Below, one piece after another: positions 42,164 to 52,177 of a DNA stretch of 64,000 nt (position 1 is its first letter; each line of letters opens with the position of its first letter). This DNA is from an uncultured Acidobacteriota bacterium (lineage in GTDB: Bacteria; Acidobacteriota; Blastocatellia; RBC074): assembly GCA_963796275.1 (NCBI GenBank), contig CAWCKY010000006.1, forward strand, positions 2,752,001 to 2,816,000. The letters run 5' to 3'. The notes below the pieces were generated by a model, which was not told where the DNA came from, ran no database searches, and worked only from the letters and a program-made list of their open reading frames with translations. A program made the position numbers and the translations under genes.

Positions 42164-42736
42164 ATGGCGGAATTGAAGCCGATCACGGGCGCGCGCGAAA
42201 GCCTCGAGGACTTGAGTGGGACCGTGACGGAATACAGCTACGTGACGCCGGGGGAAGAGACGATGCGCGAATTGACCAGGATTTTATTTGAAGAGCATTG
42301 GCGCGAGATCATCGTCGGCCCATGTATCGAAGGCGCGGTTTTTGAGATCCGCTTTGAGCAGGCTCCGAAGAAAGTCTCCTACCTCGACGGCTACCTGACG
42401 GTCGATCTCGGGCACTGGCATTTTCATCTCTGCGTTGGCGCGCATAAAGGCGCGCGCTCGGCCGAACTGGCCGCCAAACGGCGCGTGGCGAAGCTAGCTT
42501 TCTTTGAAACGAAGGACAATCGCTGTATTGGTGGCAACAGCTACGGCATTCGGATGTGGAACGGGTTCGGCGAGCAGATGACGACCGTTTTTCTGCCGAA
42601 CCCCCGTTTGTCCGATGAGATGAAGGTTTTGAAGGAGCCGCAATGGGATCGATTGCAGCTGTGGTTTGAGCTGCGAAACCGGTTTTTGGGAGAGCCGATC
42701 CCGGAATCATTTATGTCGGGAAGCGCTCCTGGCTGA
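42164..42736 (+). CDS. uncharacterised protein, possible HemS/ChuX-like fold
   Basis: GPCIEGAVFE, DGYLTV..GHWHFHLCVG, SYGIRMWNGFGEQMTTVFLPNP; AAGGAG RBS; 2 bp after the upstream stop. Confidence 0.7.
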   Translation: MAELKPITGARESLEDLSGTVTEYSYVTPGEETMRELTRILFEEHWREIIVGPCIEGAVFEIRFEQAPKKVSYLDGYLTVDLGHWHFHLCVGAHKGARSAELAAKRRVAKLAFFETKDNRCIGGNSYGIRMWNGFGEQMTTVFLPNPRLSDEMKVLKEPQWDRLQLWFELRNRFLGEPIPESFMSGSAPG

Positions 42737-42800
42737 CGGGCGGCGTCAAGTGGCGTCGCTTTCACGCTCCGCGCTGGTGACCTGCCAAGATGGTTTCTGA

Positions 42801-43628
42801 ATGAGAGGCAAAAATAGACATCGCCACTCCGCTCTGAGGGTGGCCACACTGATTATCACAAGCTTGGCCGTTTGCGCCGGTTATCTGTTGTTGCGGCGTC
42901 ATGGAATTGGTGTTCGCGAATTGCTGGTGACGGACGGTAATCCACATTCGATCACGGTGGTCTCGATTCTGGCTTACAGCCTGGTATTCGGATTGAAGCA
43001 CGCACTGGAGCCGGATCATTTAGCGGCGGTCTCAACTATCGCCGTCGAACATAAGTCATTGTTCGGCTCCTCGCTGGTAGGCGCGGTGTGGGGGCTCGGG
43101 CACACGCTGTCGTTGTTGCTGGCCGGACTGGTCGTGATTCTCCTAGGGTTCGACCTGCGCGAAGAATATCTTGAGCCCGTTGAGGTCATCGTGGCCCTCA
43201 TGTTGATCGGGCTCGGGGCCAGGGCCTTGTGGAAATTAGGGCGGGAGAGAAGCGCGTCGGTAAACGCCGGATCAAAGGAAGCGCATAACCACTCTCATGC
43301 ACACCACCAGCATTCGCACGGCGTCTGGGGGCGCATTGGCCTCCGACCGCTATTGATCGGGATGGTCCATGGGCTCGCCGGGAGCGCCGCCCTCTTGCTG
43401 CTGCTGATACCGGTCATTCCCTCAACGGTCTTAAAGATAGTTTACATCCTGGTCTTCGGCGCCGGCTCGATCGCGGGGATGGTCATTATGAGTTGCATGG
43501 TGGGCCTTCCCGCACACCTGATGGCGGAGCGATTTCTGAAAGTGAGCCTGGCCATCCGCGCGCTGGCCGGGCTGTTCAGCCTCGGTTTTGGAATTTGGCT
43601 GCTGCAAGGACTCATTCATGCAAGCTGA
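42801..43628 (+). CDS. UreH/NiCoT-like nickel/cobalt permease
   Basis: GLKHALEPDH, WGLGH, His-rich loop HNHSHAHHQHSH, GMVHGLAGS; multiple TM segments. Confidence 0.85.
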   Translation: MRGKNRHRHSALRVATLIITSLAVCAGYLLLRRHGIGVRELLVTDGNPHSITVVSILAYSLVFGLKHALEPDHLAAVSTIAVEHKSLFGSSLVGAVWGLGHTLSLLLAGLVVILLGFDLREEYLEPVEVIVALMLIGLGARALWKLGRERSASVNAGSKEAHNHSHAHHQHSHGVWGRIGLRPLLIGMVHGLAGSAALLLLLIPVIPSTVLKIVYILVFGAGSIAGMVIMSCMVGLPAHLMAERFLKVSLAIRALAGLFSLGFGIWLLQGLIHAS

Positions 43629-43786
43629 GCGAATTGAAGAATTTGAAAGATCCGAAATGAGTGGATGTGATTGTAGTTTGAATCTGGCTATTGATTGCAG
43701 GAGACGCCCCCGAATTTATTCAAGCCGGAGGGGGCTCGGAGCGAAGAGCTACAAGTCCCGGTTCCGGTCTGCCATTAACCTAGGAG

Positions 43787-43971
43787 GCGCTGAAAGTGAA
43801 CGGGAAGCGCGGTGTGAATCCGCCACTGCCCACGCAACTGTAACGGCGACTGACTCCGCAAAAAGCCACTGCTCGAGATGAGTGGGAAGGCGCGGAGGAG
43901 GGCTGTCAGCGACAAGGATATGGGCCTTTTCGCTGAGGAAAGCCGCAAGTCAGGAGACCGGCTCTCAGCGC
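43787..43971 (+). promoter_or_regulatory. cobalamin riboswitch 2
   Basis: AACGGGAAGCGCGGTGTGAATCCGCCACTGCCCACGCAACTGTAA, AAGCCACTG..GTGGGAAGG, AAGTCAGGAGACCGGC; P1 GCGCTGAAAG/CTCTCAGCGC. Confidence 0.93.
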
Positions 43972-44004
43972 ATCGCCACCGACTTTCGATGGGAAAGAAA
44001 GGAC

Positions 44005-46485
44005 ATGTTTTCTATGAAAAACAGTTATAGAGCAGGGAGGACAGCAATCGCTTTCGCAGTCGTCTGTCTCATATGTTTCGGCGCAGGAATGACACGGGTG
44101 TGGGCGCAATCGTCTGGAAGCTTGAGTGGCAGGGTCACGGATTCGCAAGGGGCGGCTGTGTCGAGCGCGACCATAACGCTCTATTCGCGCACCACGGACC
44201 TGCGCGCGATGACCGTGACCGATGAACGCGGGGCGTATCGTTTTGAGCGACTGCTTGAGGGGGATTATGTGGTTGAGGTGAACTCCGATGGTTTCGGTCG
44301 GATTTCGCGAATCTACCGAGTCGAAAGAGGTGCGGCCGGAACTCTGGATTTCGCCCTGGAGGTCGCGGGAGTCAGCGAGACGATATTGGTCACCGCCGCT
44401 GGGACACCGCAAACGGTTGACGAAGTATCGAAAGCGGTTTCAGTCGTCACGGCGGAGGAGATTGAACAACGTAATGAGTATGCAATCGGCGAGACGCTGC
44501 GTACCGTGCCTGGATTGCGAGTACAACAACTCGGCGGACCAGGAACATTCGCGCGGATACAGACACGGGGGTTGCGTGATTCGGACACCGCGATCCTGGT
44601 TGACGGGTTGCGCCTGCGCGACGCCGCGTCAACACAGGGCGACGCGACATCATTCATCGAGGAGATGTTCACGGTCAATTCAGACCGGCTCGAAGTGCTG
44701 CGCGGATCCGGCTCCTCACTCTACGGGACGAACGCCATCGGTGGGGTCGTGAACGTCATCTCCGACCAGGGCGGGGGACCGACCCACGGGCAATTGCAAT
44801 TCGCGGGCGGGCAATTGGGACTTTATCGCGGGCGCGCCCAACTTGCCGGAGGCTTTGACTCGAACCGGTTCATATACAGCGGCGGCTTCGCGCTGCTCAA
44901 CGTCACCGACGGGGTCAATCACACGCCGACGCGAAATTTCAGCGGGCAGGGGGTCGCGAAGTACAATTTCACCCCAAACATATCACTCATCGCGCGGTTG
45001 TTTGGGAACACCGCTTACCTGGCTTCGACGGATAGTCCTTTCACCGCTGCGAGCGCGGCCGATTTCGCAAGTTTTCTGCCCGGGTTTGTTCCGCCGCCGG
45101 CGGGCAGCGTGATTGACGCGGTCGCCCTCCCTCTGGATCAACAGCAAAGAATCGAGAATGGATTGGCCGTGACCGATCGAGGCGGCGCAAACTACATTCC
45201 GAATCTGCGCGATCCCGACAACCGCCGCGACTCGAATTACCTGACTGTTGCCGTGATCTTCAACCAGCGGCTCAATGACGCGTTCGGGTACCGCGCCAGC
45301 TACCAAAGGGTCAACACCAACCGGCAATTTGGCGATGGCCCCGGGGGAGGGCGCTTCGAGCCATTATTCAATAGCTTCAGTATTTTTGACGGGCGCATCG
45401 ACACATTCAATCTTCAGGCTGACGGGAGGCTCGGTTCACACAACCTGCTTGCGGTCGGGTACGAATTCGAACAGGAGCGATTTATAGGGGCGAACCGCGA
45501 CGAAGACCCGAACGCCGGGTTGCGAGCCAATTCAGGCACGGACGTCAGTCAGCGTAGCAACACATTTTTCATTCAGGATCAGTTCCGCGCGTTGGATAAT
45601 CGCTTACAGATTTCGGCGGCGTTTCGCGCCCAATCATTCTATTTGACGCAGCCCGAATTCTTTGGAGGGACCTCCGTTTATTCCGGACTGCCATACGAAT
45701 CACCCAGGACAGCTTATACCGGAGACGGTTCAGTCTCGTATTTCTTCAGCTCGACCGGCACAAAATTGCGCGCGCACGTCGGCAGCGGCTATCGCGCGCC
45801 TGCGATCTTCGAGCGGTTCGGTTCCTCTTTTTTCGACGGCGTTTTCTCTCCATTCGGTGACCCCCGCCTCAACCCCGAACGTTCGATCGCGGTCGATGGT
45901 GGGATCGATCAGAAATTAGCGGGAGATCGCGTGCAACTGAGCGCGACCTATTTCTACACCCGATTGCAGGATGTGATCGTCTTTGATTCGACCGGATTCA
46001 TTATTCCCGCTACCGACCCATTCGGTCGATTCGGCGGGTACCGCAACACAGGCGGAGGGCTGGCGCGTGGGGTGGAGTTAGCGGCAAGTACAAAGCCGTA
46101 TCGCACGCTCGACCTGAGCGCGTCATACACCTTCACCAACGCCGTTAACCGCGTTCCGTCTTCCGTGCCGAATTTCTTGCGAACCATCGTGCAGCCGCGT
46201 CATATGTTCACGATGCTGGCCGCGCAGCAGATCACGCGGCGACTGGACGTGGTCTTCGATTTGTTCGCTTACGGCAGCTACTTCTTTCCCTTCTCGAGTC
46301 GGGCCTTCAAATTCGACGGCCCGGTCAAAGCCGATCTGGGCGCGAGCTATACCGTGCCGATGAGCGACCGGGTCAGCATGAGGTTTTACGCGAAGGTTGA
46401 GAACATTTTCGACCGGGAATACTTCGAAAGCGGGTTCCGCACACCGGGGGCGGTCTTTACCGGCGGAATGGGTCTGCGGTTCTGA
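44005..46485 (+). CDS. btuB: TonB-dependent cobalamin receptor with N-terminal carboxypeptidase-regulatory-like domain
   Basis: LRTVPGL, ILVDG, RLEVLRGSGSSLYG..AIGGVVN, VENIFDREY, C-terminal F; directly downstream of riboswitch 2. Confidence 0.88.
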   Translation: MFSMKNSYRAGRTAIAFAVVCLICFGAGMTRVWAQSSGSLSGRVTDSQGAAVSSATITLYSRTTDLRAMTVTDERGAYRFERLLEGDYVVEVNSDGFGRISRIYRVERGAAGTLDFALEVAGVSETILVTAAGTPQTVDEVSKAVSVVTAEEIEQRNEYAIGETLRTVPGLRVQQLGGPGTFARIQTRGLRDSDTAILVDGLRLRDAASTQGDATSFIEEMFTVNSDRLEVLRGSGSSLYGTNAIGGVVNVISDQGGGPTHGQLQFAGGQLGLYRGRAQLAGGFDSNRFIYSGGFALLNVTDGVNHTPTRNFSGQGVAKYNFTPNISLIARLFGNTAYLASTDSPFTAASAADFASFLPGFVPPPAGSVIDAVALPLDQQQRIENGLAVTDRGGANYIPNLRDPDNRRDSNYLTVAVIFNQRLNDAFGYRASYQRVNTNRQFGDGPGGGRFEPLFNSFSIFDGRIDTFNLQADGRLGSHNLLAVGYEFEQERFIGANRDEDPNAGLRANSGTDVSQRSNTFFIQDQFRALDNRLQISAAFRAQSFYLTQPEFFGGTSVYSGLPYESPRTAYTGDGSVSYFFSSTGTKLRAHVGSGYRAPAIFERFGSSFFDGVFSPFGDPRLNPERSIAVDGGIDQKLAGDRVQLSATYFYTRLQDVIVFDSTGFIIPATDPFGRFGGYRNTGGGLARGVELAASTKPYRTLDLSASYTFTNAVNRVPSSVPNFLRTIVQPRHMFTMLAAQQITRRLDVVFDLFAYGSYFFPFSSRAFKFDGPVKADLGASYTVPMSDRVSMRFYAKVENIFDREYFESGFRTPGAVFTGGMGLRF

Positions 46486-46503
46486 GGTTCGCTGAGGAAT
46501 GCG

Positions 46504-47298
46504 ATGAGTATATTACTAACGGCTCAAGATATTTCGTTCGCTTACGACAGCCGGCAGGTTCTGAAAGGAATCTCGTTGGTTGTTGAGGCGGGCGAATTCG
46601 TCGGTCTGATTGGCGCGAACGGCAGCGGCAAAACGACATTGTTACGCGCGCTGCTCGGATTGCTCAAGGCTTCGGGCGAGGCGCGACTGTGCGGCGACTT
46701 GCTCTGGACTCTTGATCGGCAAGAGATCGCCAGGCGCGCCACAATGGTCCATCAGGATACGCGCGTCGATTTCGCCTTCACTTCGCGCGATATCGTGGCG
46801 ATAGGCCGCACGCCTTATTTGGGGCGCTTCAAACCTGAAGGCGCCGCTGATAAGAAAGCCATCGCCCGAGCGATGCGCGAAACGGGCGTAACAGAATTGG
46901 CTGAACGGCCGGTAACGGAGCTTTCGGGTGGCGAGAGGCAGCGTGTCCATCTCGCCCGCGCGCTGGCGCAAGAGACGCGCGTCATTTTGCTGGACGAGCC
47001 GACCGCAAATCTCGATTTGGCGCATCAATTCGAGGCGCTCGAACTCGTTCGCGGATTCACGCGCGCCGGCGGGGCGGCGCTGGCGGCGATTCACGATCTA
47101 ACCCTTGCGTCGCATTTCTGTGACCGGCTGTTGCTATTGTCGAGAGGCGAGATTGTGGCCGCCGGCGCGCCCGTCGAAGTTATAACTGAAAGCAACCTTG
47201 AAAAGCATTTCGCGCTCCGGGCGCGCGTCAAGTGTGACGACGAGACGGGAGCGATGATCGTCCACCCGCTTGCCGCGAAGTCGTCGTCCGTAAGCTGA
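46504..47298 (+). CDS. btuD: corrinoid ABC transporter ATPase
   Basis: GANGSGKT, LSGGERQR, LLDEPTANLD, IHDL. Confidence 0.88.
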   Translation: MSILLTAQDISFAYDSRQVLKGISLVVEAGEFVGLIGANGSGKTTLLRALLGLLKASGEARLCGDLLWTLDRQEIARRATMVHQDTRVDFAFTSRDIVAIGRTPYLGRFKPEGAADKKAIARAMRETGVTELAERPVTELSGGERQRVHLARALAQETRVILLDEPTANLDLAHQFEALELVRGFTRAGGAALAAIHDLTLASHFCDRLLLLSRGEIVAAGAPVEVITESNLEKHFALRARVKCDDETGAMIVHPLAAKSSSVS

Positions 47299-47326
47299 AT
47301 CGAGGCGTGGAGCGTGGTTTAAATCA

Positions 47327-48346
47327 ATGTCGAAAGGCTCTCTAATGGCAACTCCTGTTTCACAACCGCCGAATAAAAGCTTAAAAGGCTCGCCGATTTA
47401 CATAGCCGCGATCGTCACGACGCTGGCGCTGGTGGTCGCCGGAATCGAAATTACGCGGCGGCTGAAAGCCCCTGCGGATACCATCACCGAACTTCCCGCG
47501 ACCGCGAGGCCGTTTCCGCGTGAGTTGCGCGATGCCAAAGGCGAGACGCTCAACCTCCCACGCGAACCGCAACGCATTGTATCGCAGACGCTCGGCACGG
47601 ACGAGATACTGCTTGCCATCTGCCCGGCGGAGCGAGTCGTTGCATTGAGTCACCTGGCTGAAGATGCGAACTACAGCAATGTTGTCGAAGAGGCGCGACA
47701 GATTCCAAACAGGACAACCCAGGGGCCGGAGCAGATTTTGCAGTTCAAGCCAGACCTGATTTTCGTTGCAAGTTACAGCCGCGCCGAGACGATCGAATTG
47801 CTCCATGCTTCCAAGGCGCCGGTCTTCCGATTCGCGAATTTCGATTCTATCGCGGACATCAAATCGAACATCCGCACGATCGGTTACGCGACGGGGACGG
47901 ACGCCGCGGCGGAGAACCTTATCGTGCAGATGGATGAGGCGCTAATCGCCGTCCGCGCGCGCATTCCAAAAAGCGAATCGCCCGTGCGAGTGATGTCCTA
48001 TGACAAGCTGGGTTATACCGCGGGCTCGAACACGATCTTCGACGACGTCGTGCGAGCCGCAGGCGCCGTCAACGTATGCGCGGAGCGAGGGATCAAGGGC
48101 TTCGCCAAGATCAATTCGGAAAAGATACTCGAATGGCAGCCTGACTTTCTGATCACTGGGGCAAACCGGGGCACGGAAAAATCCGTGCGCGACCGATTGC
48201 TCGAAGACCCGGCGGTCGCAAGCAGTAAGGCTGCGCGCGCGGGGCGCGTCATTGTGATCGATAGCCATCATTATCTGACGGTCTCGCAACATGTCGTGGG
48301 CTTCGTTGAGGATTTGGCGAACGGACTCTATGGAAACCGGAAGTAA
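47327..48346 (+). CDS. btuF: BtuF-like substrate-binding protein (copy 2, membrane-anchored)
   Basis: N-terminal TM helix, PQRIVSQTLGTDEIL, EQILQFKPDL, WQPDFL. Confidence 0.8.
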   Translation: MSKGSLMATPVSQPPNKSLKGSPIYIAAIVTTLALVVAGIEITRRLKAPADTITELPATARPFPRELRDAKGETLNLPREPQRIVSQTLGTDEILLAICPAERVVALSHLAEDANYSNVVEEARQIPNRTTQGPEQILQFKPDLIFVASYSRAETIELLHASKAPVFRFANFDSIADIKSNIRTIGYATGTDAAAENLIVQMDEALIAVRARIPKSESPVRVMSYDKLGYTAGSNTIFDDVVRAAGAVNVCAERGIKGFAKINSEKILEWQPDFLITGANRGTEKSVRDRLLEDPAVASSKAARAGRVIVIDSHHYLTVSQHVVGFVEDLANGLYGNRK

Positions 48347-49439
48347 GATAATCGAAGCGCCTAGGGCCAGTACCGAGCGAGCCTCGCGCGGCCTCTTCAC
48401 ACAACGGGTCGCCGGGTACTTTGCCGTGGTCGCGATCGTGTTGCTCATCGCGTTCATGGCCGGGATCGCCATCGGGAGCGCGTCCGTGCCGGCTGCGATA
48501 GTCGTGCGCGTATTAGCTTCCCATGCTTTGCCGCACGGATGGGTTGACCTTAGTGATATTCCGGAGCCGCAACAGGTCATTGTCTGGTTGATTCGGACGC
48601 CGCGCGTCATCGTAGCGGCGCTCGTCGGCGCGGGACTGGCGGTCGCAGGCGTGCAGATGCAAGGTCTGTTCCGCAACGCGCTGGCTTCACCCGACATCGT
48701 CGGGACGAGTTCCGGAGGCGTGCTCGGCGCCGTCCTGGCTCTCGCGACGGGGTTGGCGATGCGATCGATTTTTTATCTGCCGGTGATGTCTTTCGCAGGG
48801 GCCTTGCTCGCGCTCTCTCTGGTCTACGCCATCGCCACGCGTCGCGGGCGCACGCCCGTCTCCACGCTGCTCTTGACCGGCGTCGCGTTCAACGCATTGA
48901 TCGGCGCGATCACGTCGTTCGTGATCAGCCTGCAATGGGTTCGGTGGGAGGTGGCGCAGGAGATTCTTTTCTGGATGATGGGCGGCCTGGACAGCCGCAC
49001 CTGGAAGCACGTCTGGCTGGCGCTGCCCTGTGTCGTGATCGGCTTGATCGTCGCGCTCGTCTATTCGCGCGATCTTGACGTCCTGCTGCTCGGCGAAGAG
49101 ACGGCGCTCGCGGTAGGCGCAGATATAGAGAAGGTGAAGCGGATCATCCTGACGAGCGCGGCCTTACTCACCGGAGCCGCTGTCGCCGTCAGCGGCCTGA
49201 TCGGTTTTGTCGGTTTGGTCGTGCCGCACATCGTGCGCCTGATCATCGGGCCAAAACACAGATATTTATTGCCAGCCAGCGCGTTGACGGGGGCGGCTTT
49301 TTTGATTCTGACAGATATTCTGGCTAGAACGATAAACCGTCCGGAAGAGATCAGACTGGGAATTGTGACGGCCATACTGGGCGCGCCGTTTTTTCTGTAC
49401 CTGCTGCTACGCCACTATCGCACCATCGGCATAGGATAA
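48330..49439 (+). CDS. btuC: FecCD/BtuC family ABC permease
   Basis: RTPR, QGLFRNALASP, LGEETA, GLIGFVGLVVPHIVR, GIVTAILGAPFF. Confidence 0.88.
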   Translation: METGSKIIEAPRASTERASRGLFTQRVAGYFAVVAIVLLIAFMAGIAIGSASVPAAIVVRVLASHALPHGWVDLSDIPEPQQVIVWLIRTPRVIVAALVGAGLAVAGVQMQGLFRNALASPDIVGTSSGGVLGAVLALATGLAMRSIFYLPVMSFAGALLALSLVYAIATRRGRTPVSTLLLTGVAFNALIGAITSFVISLQWVRWEVAQEILFWMMGGLDSRTWKHVWLALPCVVIGLIVALVYSRDLDVLLLGEETALAVGADIEKVKRIILTSAALLTGAAVAVSGLIGFVGLVVPHIVRLIIGPKHRYLLPASALTGAAFLILTDILARTINRPEEIRLGIVTAILGAPFFLYLLLRHYRTIGIG

Positions 49440-49462
49440 ACGCGAGACTGGGGGAGGGAATT

Positions 49463-50104
49463 ATGGAATCTGAAAATCATACAAATGTCGATCAATCCAC
49501 GAGAGAGGAGACAGACGAGCGCCACGCCGAACAAATGCGGCGCCGCAAAGCCTCCTATGACGCGCGCAAGGCGGCGGCGACGCAAGAAAAAGGTTTGATC
49601 ATCGTCAACACAGGCACGGGCAAAGGGAAAACCAGCGCTGCCTTGGGGATGGTCTTTCGCGCGCTCGGACACGGCATGCGCGTCGGCGTGGTGCAATTCA
49701 CGAAAGGCGCAATTGAAACCGGCGAGGCCGCTTTCGCCCAACAACTGGGAGGGCAGATTGATTTCTACACTCTCGGCGAAGGCTACACCTGGGAGACGCA
49801 GGACCGCGAGCGTGACAGCGCAGTAGCTAGTAAGGCCTGGGAGCAGGCCCGCGCGTTGATCGAAGACCCGCGCTATCAGATCGTCGTGCTCGACGAACTC
49901 AACATCGTCCTCAAATACGGGTACGTGCCACTGGACGAAGTACTAGAAACCCTGCGCCGCAAGCGCGAGGACTTGCACGTCATCATTACGGGGCGCAACG
50001 CGAAAGACGAACTGATCGCGCTGGCCGACCTGGTGACCGAGATGAAGCTGATCAAACACCCCTATAAGAGCGGGATCAAAGCCCAAAAGGGGATCGAGTA
50101 TTAA
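49463..50104 (+). CDS. cobO: cob(I)yrinic acid a,c-diamide adenosyltransferase (CobO/BtuR)
   Basis: TGTGKGKTSAALG, VVQFTKG, GEGYTW, LDELN, IITGR, AQKGIEY. Confidence 0.95.
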   Translation: MESENHTNVDQSTREETDERHAEQMRRRKASYDARKAAATQEKGLIIVNTGTGKGKTSAALGMVFRALGHGMRVGVVQFTKGAIETGEAAFAQQLGGQIDFYTLGEGYTWETQDRERDSAVASKAWEQARALIEDPRYQIVVLDELNIVLKYGYVPLDEVLETLRRKREDLHVIITGRNAKDELIALADLVTEMKLIKHPYKSGIKAQKGIEY

Positions 50105-50604
50105 TGGCGAATACCGACAGAAAGAGCGCTGAGAAACCTTTGCCCGAAGGTATACCGAATCGATTTGTGTTCGTGAAGCGCGCGGACGAGGAGGTGAAGA
50201 AGACTCGCGTCGTGGAAGGACAGCTGCTCGTCTGTCAGGGGTGCTGCTGCGGCAAGACAGAGCGCGGAATGCCGCCGCTACCGCTGGACGATTTTAAACA
50301 ACAATGGAAAGAGCGTGGAGTGCGTTTGCGCGTTCACCTGACCGTCACTGGCTGTTTAGGCCCATGTCCACTGGCGAATGTCGTGCTGATCCTGTTTGCG
50401 GGGGAGTCCGTCTGGCTTCATTCGATCAACACTCCCGAACACGTAACGGCGATCTACGACTATCTGGAAGCGATGCTGTCGGCTGAAAAATATCTTCCGC
50501 CGGGAGGGATTCTCGCCGATTGTCATTTCAACCGCTTCATTTTTGATACGGCCGCAGGCGACGCATGGCTGAACGATGACGATTGGAAGCAGGTAAAAGC
50601 CTGA
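50104..50604 (+). CDS. thioredoxin-like (2Fe-2S) ferredoxin-domain protein
   Basis: VCQGCCCG...TGCLGPC; start overlaps the cobO stop. Confidence 0.75.
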   Translation: MANTDRKSAEKPLPEGIPNRFVFVKRADEEVKKTRVVEGQLLVCQGCCCGKTERGMPPLPLDDFKQQWKERGVRLRVHLTVTGCLGPCPLANVVLILFAGESVWLHSINTPEHVTAIYDYLEAMLSAEKYLPPGGILADCHFNRFIFDTAAGDAWLNDDDWKQVKA

Positions 50605-50641
50605 ACGATGTTCATCAATAGCGATACTTGGTACTGAACGT

Positions 50642-52177
50642 ATGACGGCGAAAGCCTTAATGGTATTGGGTACAGCTTCCCACGCGGGCAAATCGCTCAC
50701 GGCGGCGGCGCTGTGCCGTATTTTGAAGCAGGACGGCTTCAACGTTGCGCCCTTCAAGGCTCAAAACATGGCGCTCAACTCCTTTGCCACGCGCGAAGGC
50801 CACGAGATCGGGCGGGCGCAGGCGATGCAGGCGCAGGCCGCCGGCATCGAGCCGCACGTCGACATGAACCCGATTCTGCTCAAGCCGACTTCGGAGGTGG
50901 GCTCACAGGTCGTTATCAACGGCAAAGTTTTTGGCAACTATCGCGGCGCGGAATATTACCGTCTCAAACCGATGTTGCTCGACGCGGTGGCCGCGGCGTA
51001 CCAACGTCTGGCGTCGCGACACGAAATCATCGTGCTGGAAGGCGCGGGCTCGCCCGTCGAGATGAACCTCAAGGACCGAGACGTGGTGAATATGAAAATG
51101 GCCGAGATCGCGGACGCGGCCTGCCTGCTGGTAACGGACATCGACCGCGGCGGCGTCTTCGCCTCGCTGGTCGGCACTTACGCCCTGCTCGAACCGCACG
51201 AACGGGCGCGTTTCGGGGGCTTCCTGATCAACAAGTTTCGCGGCGACGTGAGCCTTTTCACGCCCGGCGTTGAATATCTGGAAAACCGTCTGTCGCAACC
51301 TTGCCTGGGCGTAATCCCGTACCTGCGCGATCACGGCATCGATGATGAAGACAGCGTGTCGCTCGAACGCCGCGCGGCGAGGCCTTTGCTTGATAACGAA
51401 GACCAGTTGCGCATCTGCGTGGTCGGGTTGCCATACCTTTCCAATTTCACAGACTTTACTGCGCTTGAGAACATTTCCGGCGTAGTCGTTTATTACACGC
51501 GTAAGCCGGAAGAGTCGCGATCTGCCGACGTGCTCGTCCTGCCCGGGAGCAAAAACACCATTCCCGATTTGCTCTGGCTCAGAGAGAATGGGTGGGGGGA
51601 AAGGGTCCATTCCCATGTCGCAGCCGGCAAGCCGCTGGTGGGAATCTGCGGTGGATTCCAAATGCTGGGGCGTGAAATCCGAGACCCGCACCACGCGGAG
51701 AGCGACATCGAATCGGTTCCGGGGTTGGGGCTGCTGGATGCGACAACAACACTCGCCAATGAAAAGATCACTCGTCAGGCGACAGCGAGGTTACTCGCGC
51801 CGTCGCGCTTTTCTCAAAATGACGCGGGACCTATGTTCAGCGGCTATGAAATTCACCTTGGGGAAACGAGCCTGGGAGCCGGGATCCGGCCGCTCTTTCA
51901 ACTCACGCGGCTTGGCGACATCGAAATCCACAACGATGGCGCGGTCAATGATGACGGCCGTGTCATGGGCACATACCTGCACGGGCTCTTTGATTCGGCG
52001 GAAGGGCTGGCTTTATTGCTGACCCACTGGCGGAAACTCTGCGGGAAGAAAATTTCGGCGGCGCCGGTCGTCGACCCGCTCGCCGAACGGGAAAGGCGGT
52101 ATGACATCCTGGCGGAGCATTATCGGCGCAATCTGAGGATGGACGTTATTCACCGGATGATAGATGGAAAAAAATAA
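50642..52177 (+). CDS. cobQ: cobyric acid synthase
   Basis: GTASHAGKS, PFKAQNM, MNPILLKP, EGAGSP, SNFTDF, GICGGFQMLG, GYEIH, GTYLHGLF. Confidence 0.96.
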   Translation: MTAKALMVLGTASHAGKSLTAAALCRILKQDGFNVAPFKAQNMALNSFATREGHEIGRAQAMQAQAAGIEPHVDMNPILLKPTSEVGSQVVINGKVFGNYRGAEYYRLKPMLLDAVAAAYQRLASRHEIIVLEGAGSPVEMNLKDRDVVNMKMAEIADAACLLVTDIDRGGVFASLVGTYALLEPHERARFGGFLINKFRGDVSLFTPGVEYLENRLSQPCLGVIPYLRDHGIDDEDSVSLERRAARPLLDNEDQLRICVVGLPYLSNFTDFTALENISGVVVYYTRKPEESRSADVLVLPGSKNTIPDLLWLRENGWGERVHSHVAAGKPLVGICGGFQMLGREIRDPHHAESDIESVPGLGLLDATTTLANEKITRQATARLLAPSRFSQNDAGPMFSGYEIHLGETSLGAGIRPLFQLTRLGDIEIHNDGAVNDDGRVMGTYLHGLFDSAEGLALLLTHWRKLCGKKISAAPVVDPLAERERRYDILAEHYRRNLRMDVIHRMIDGKK

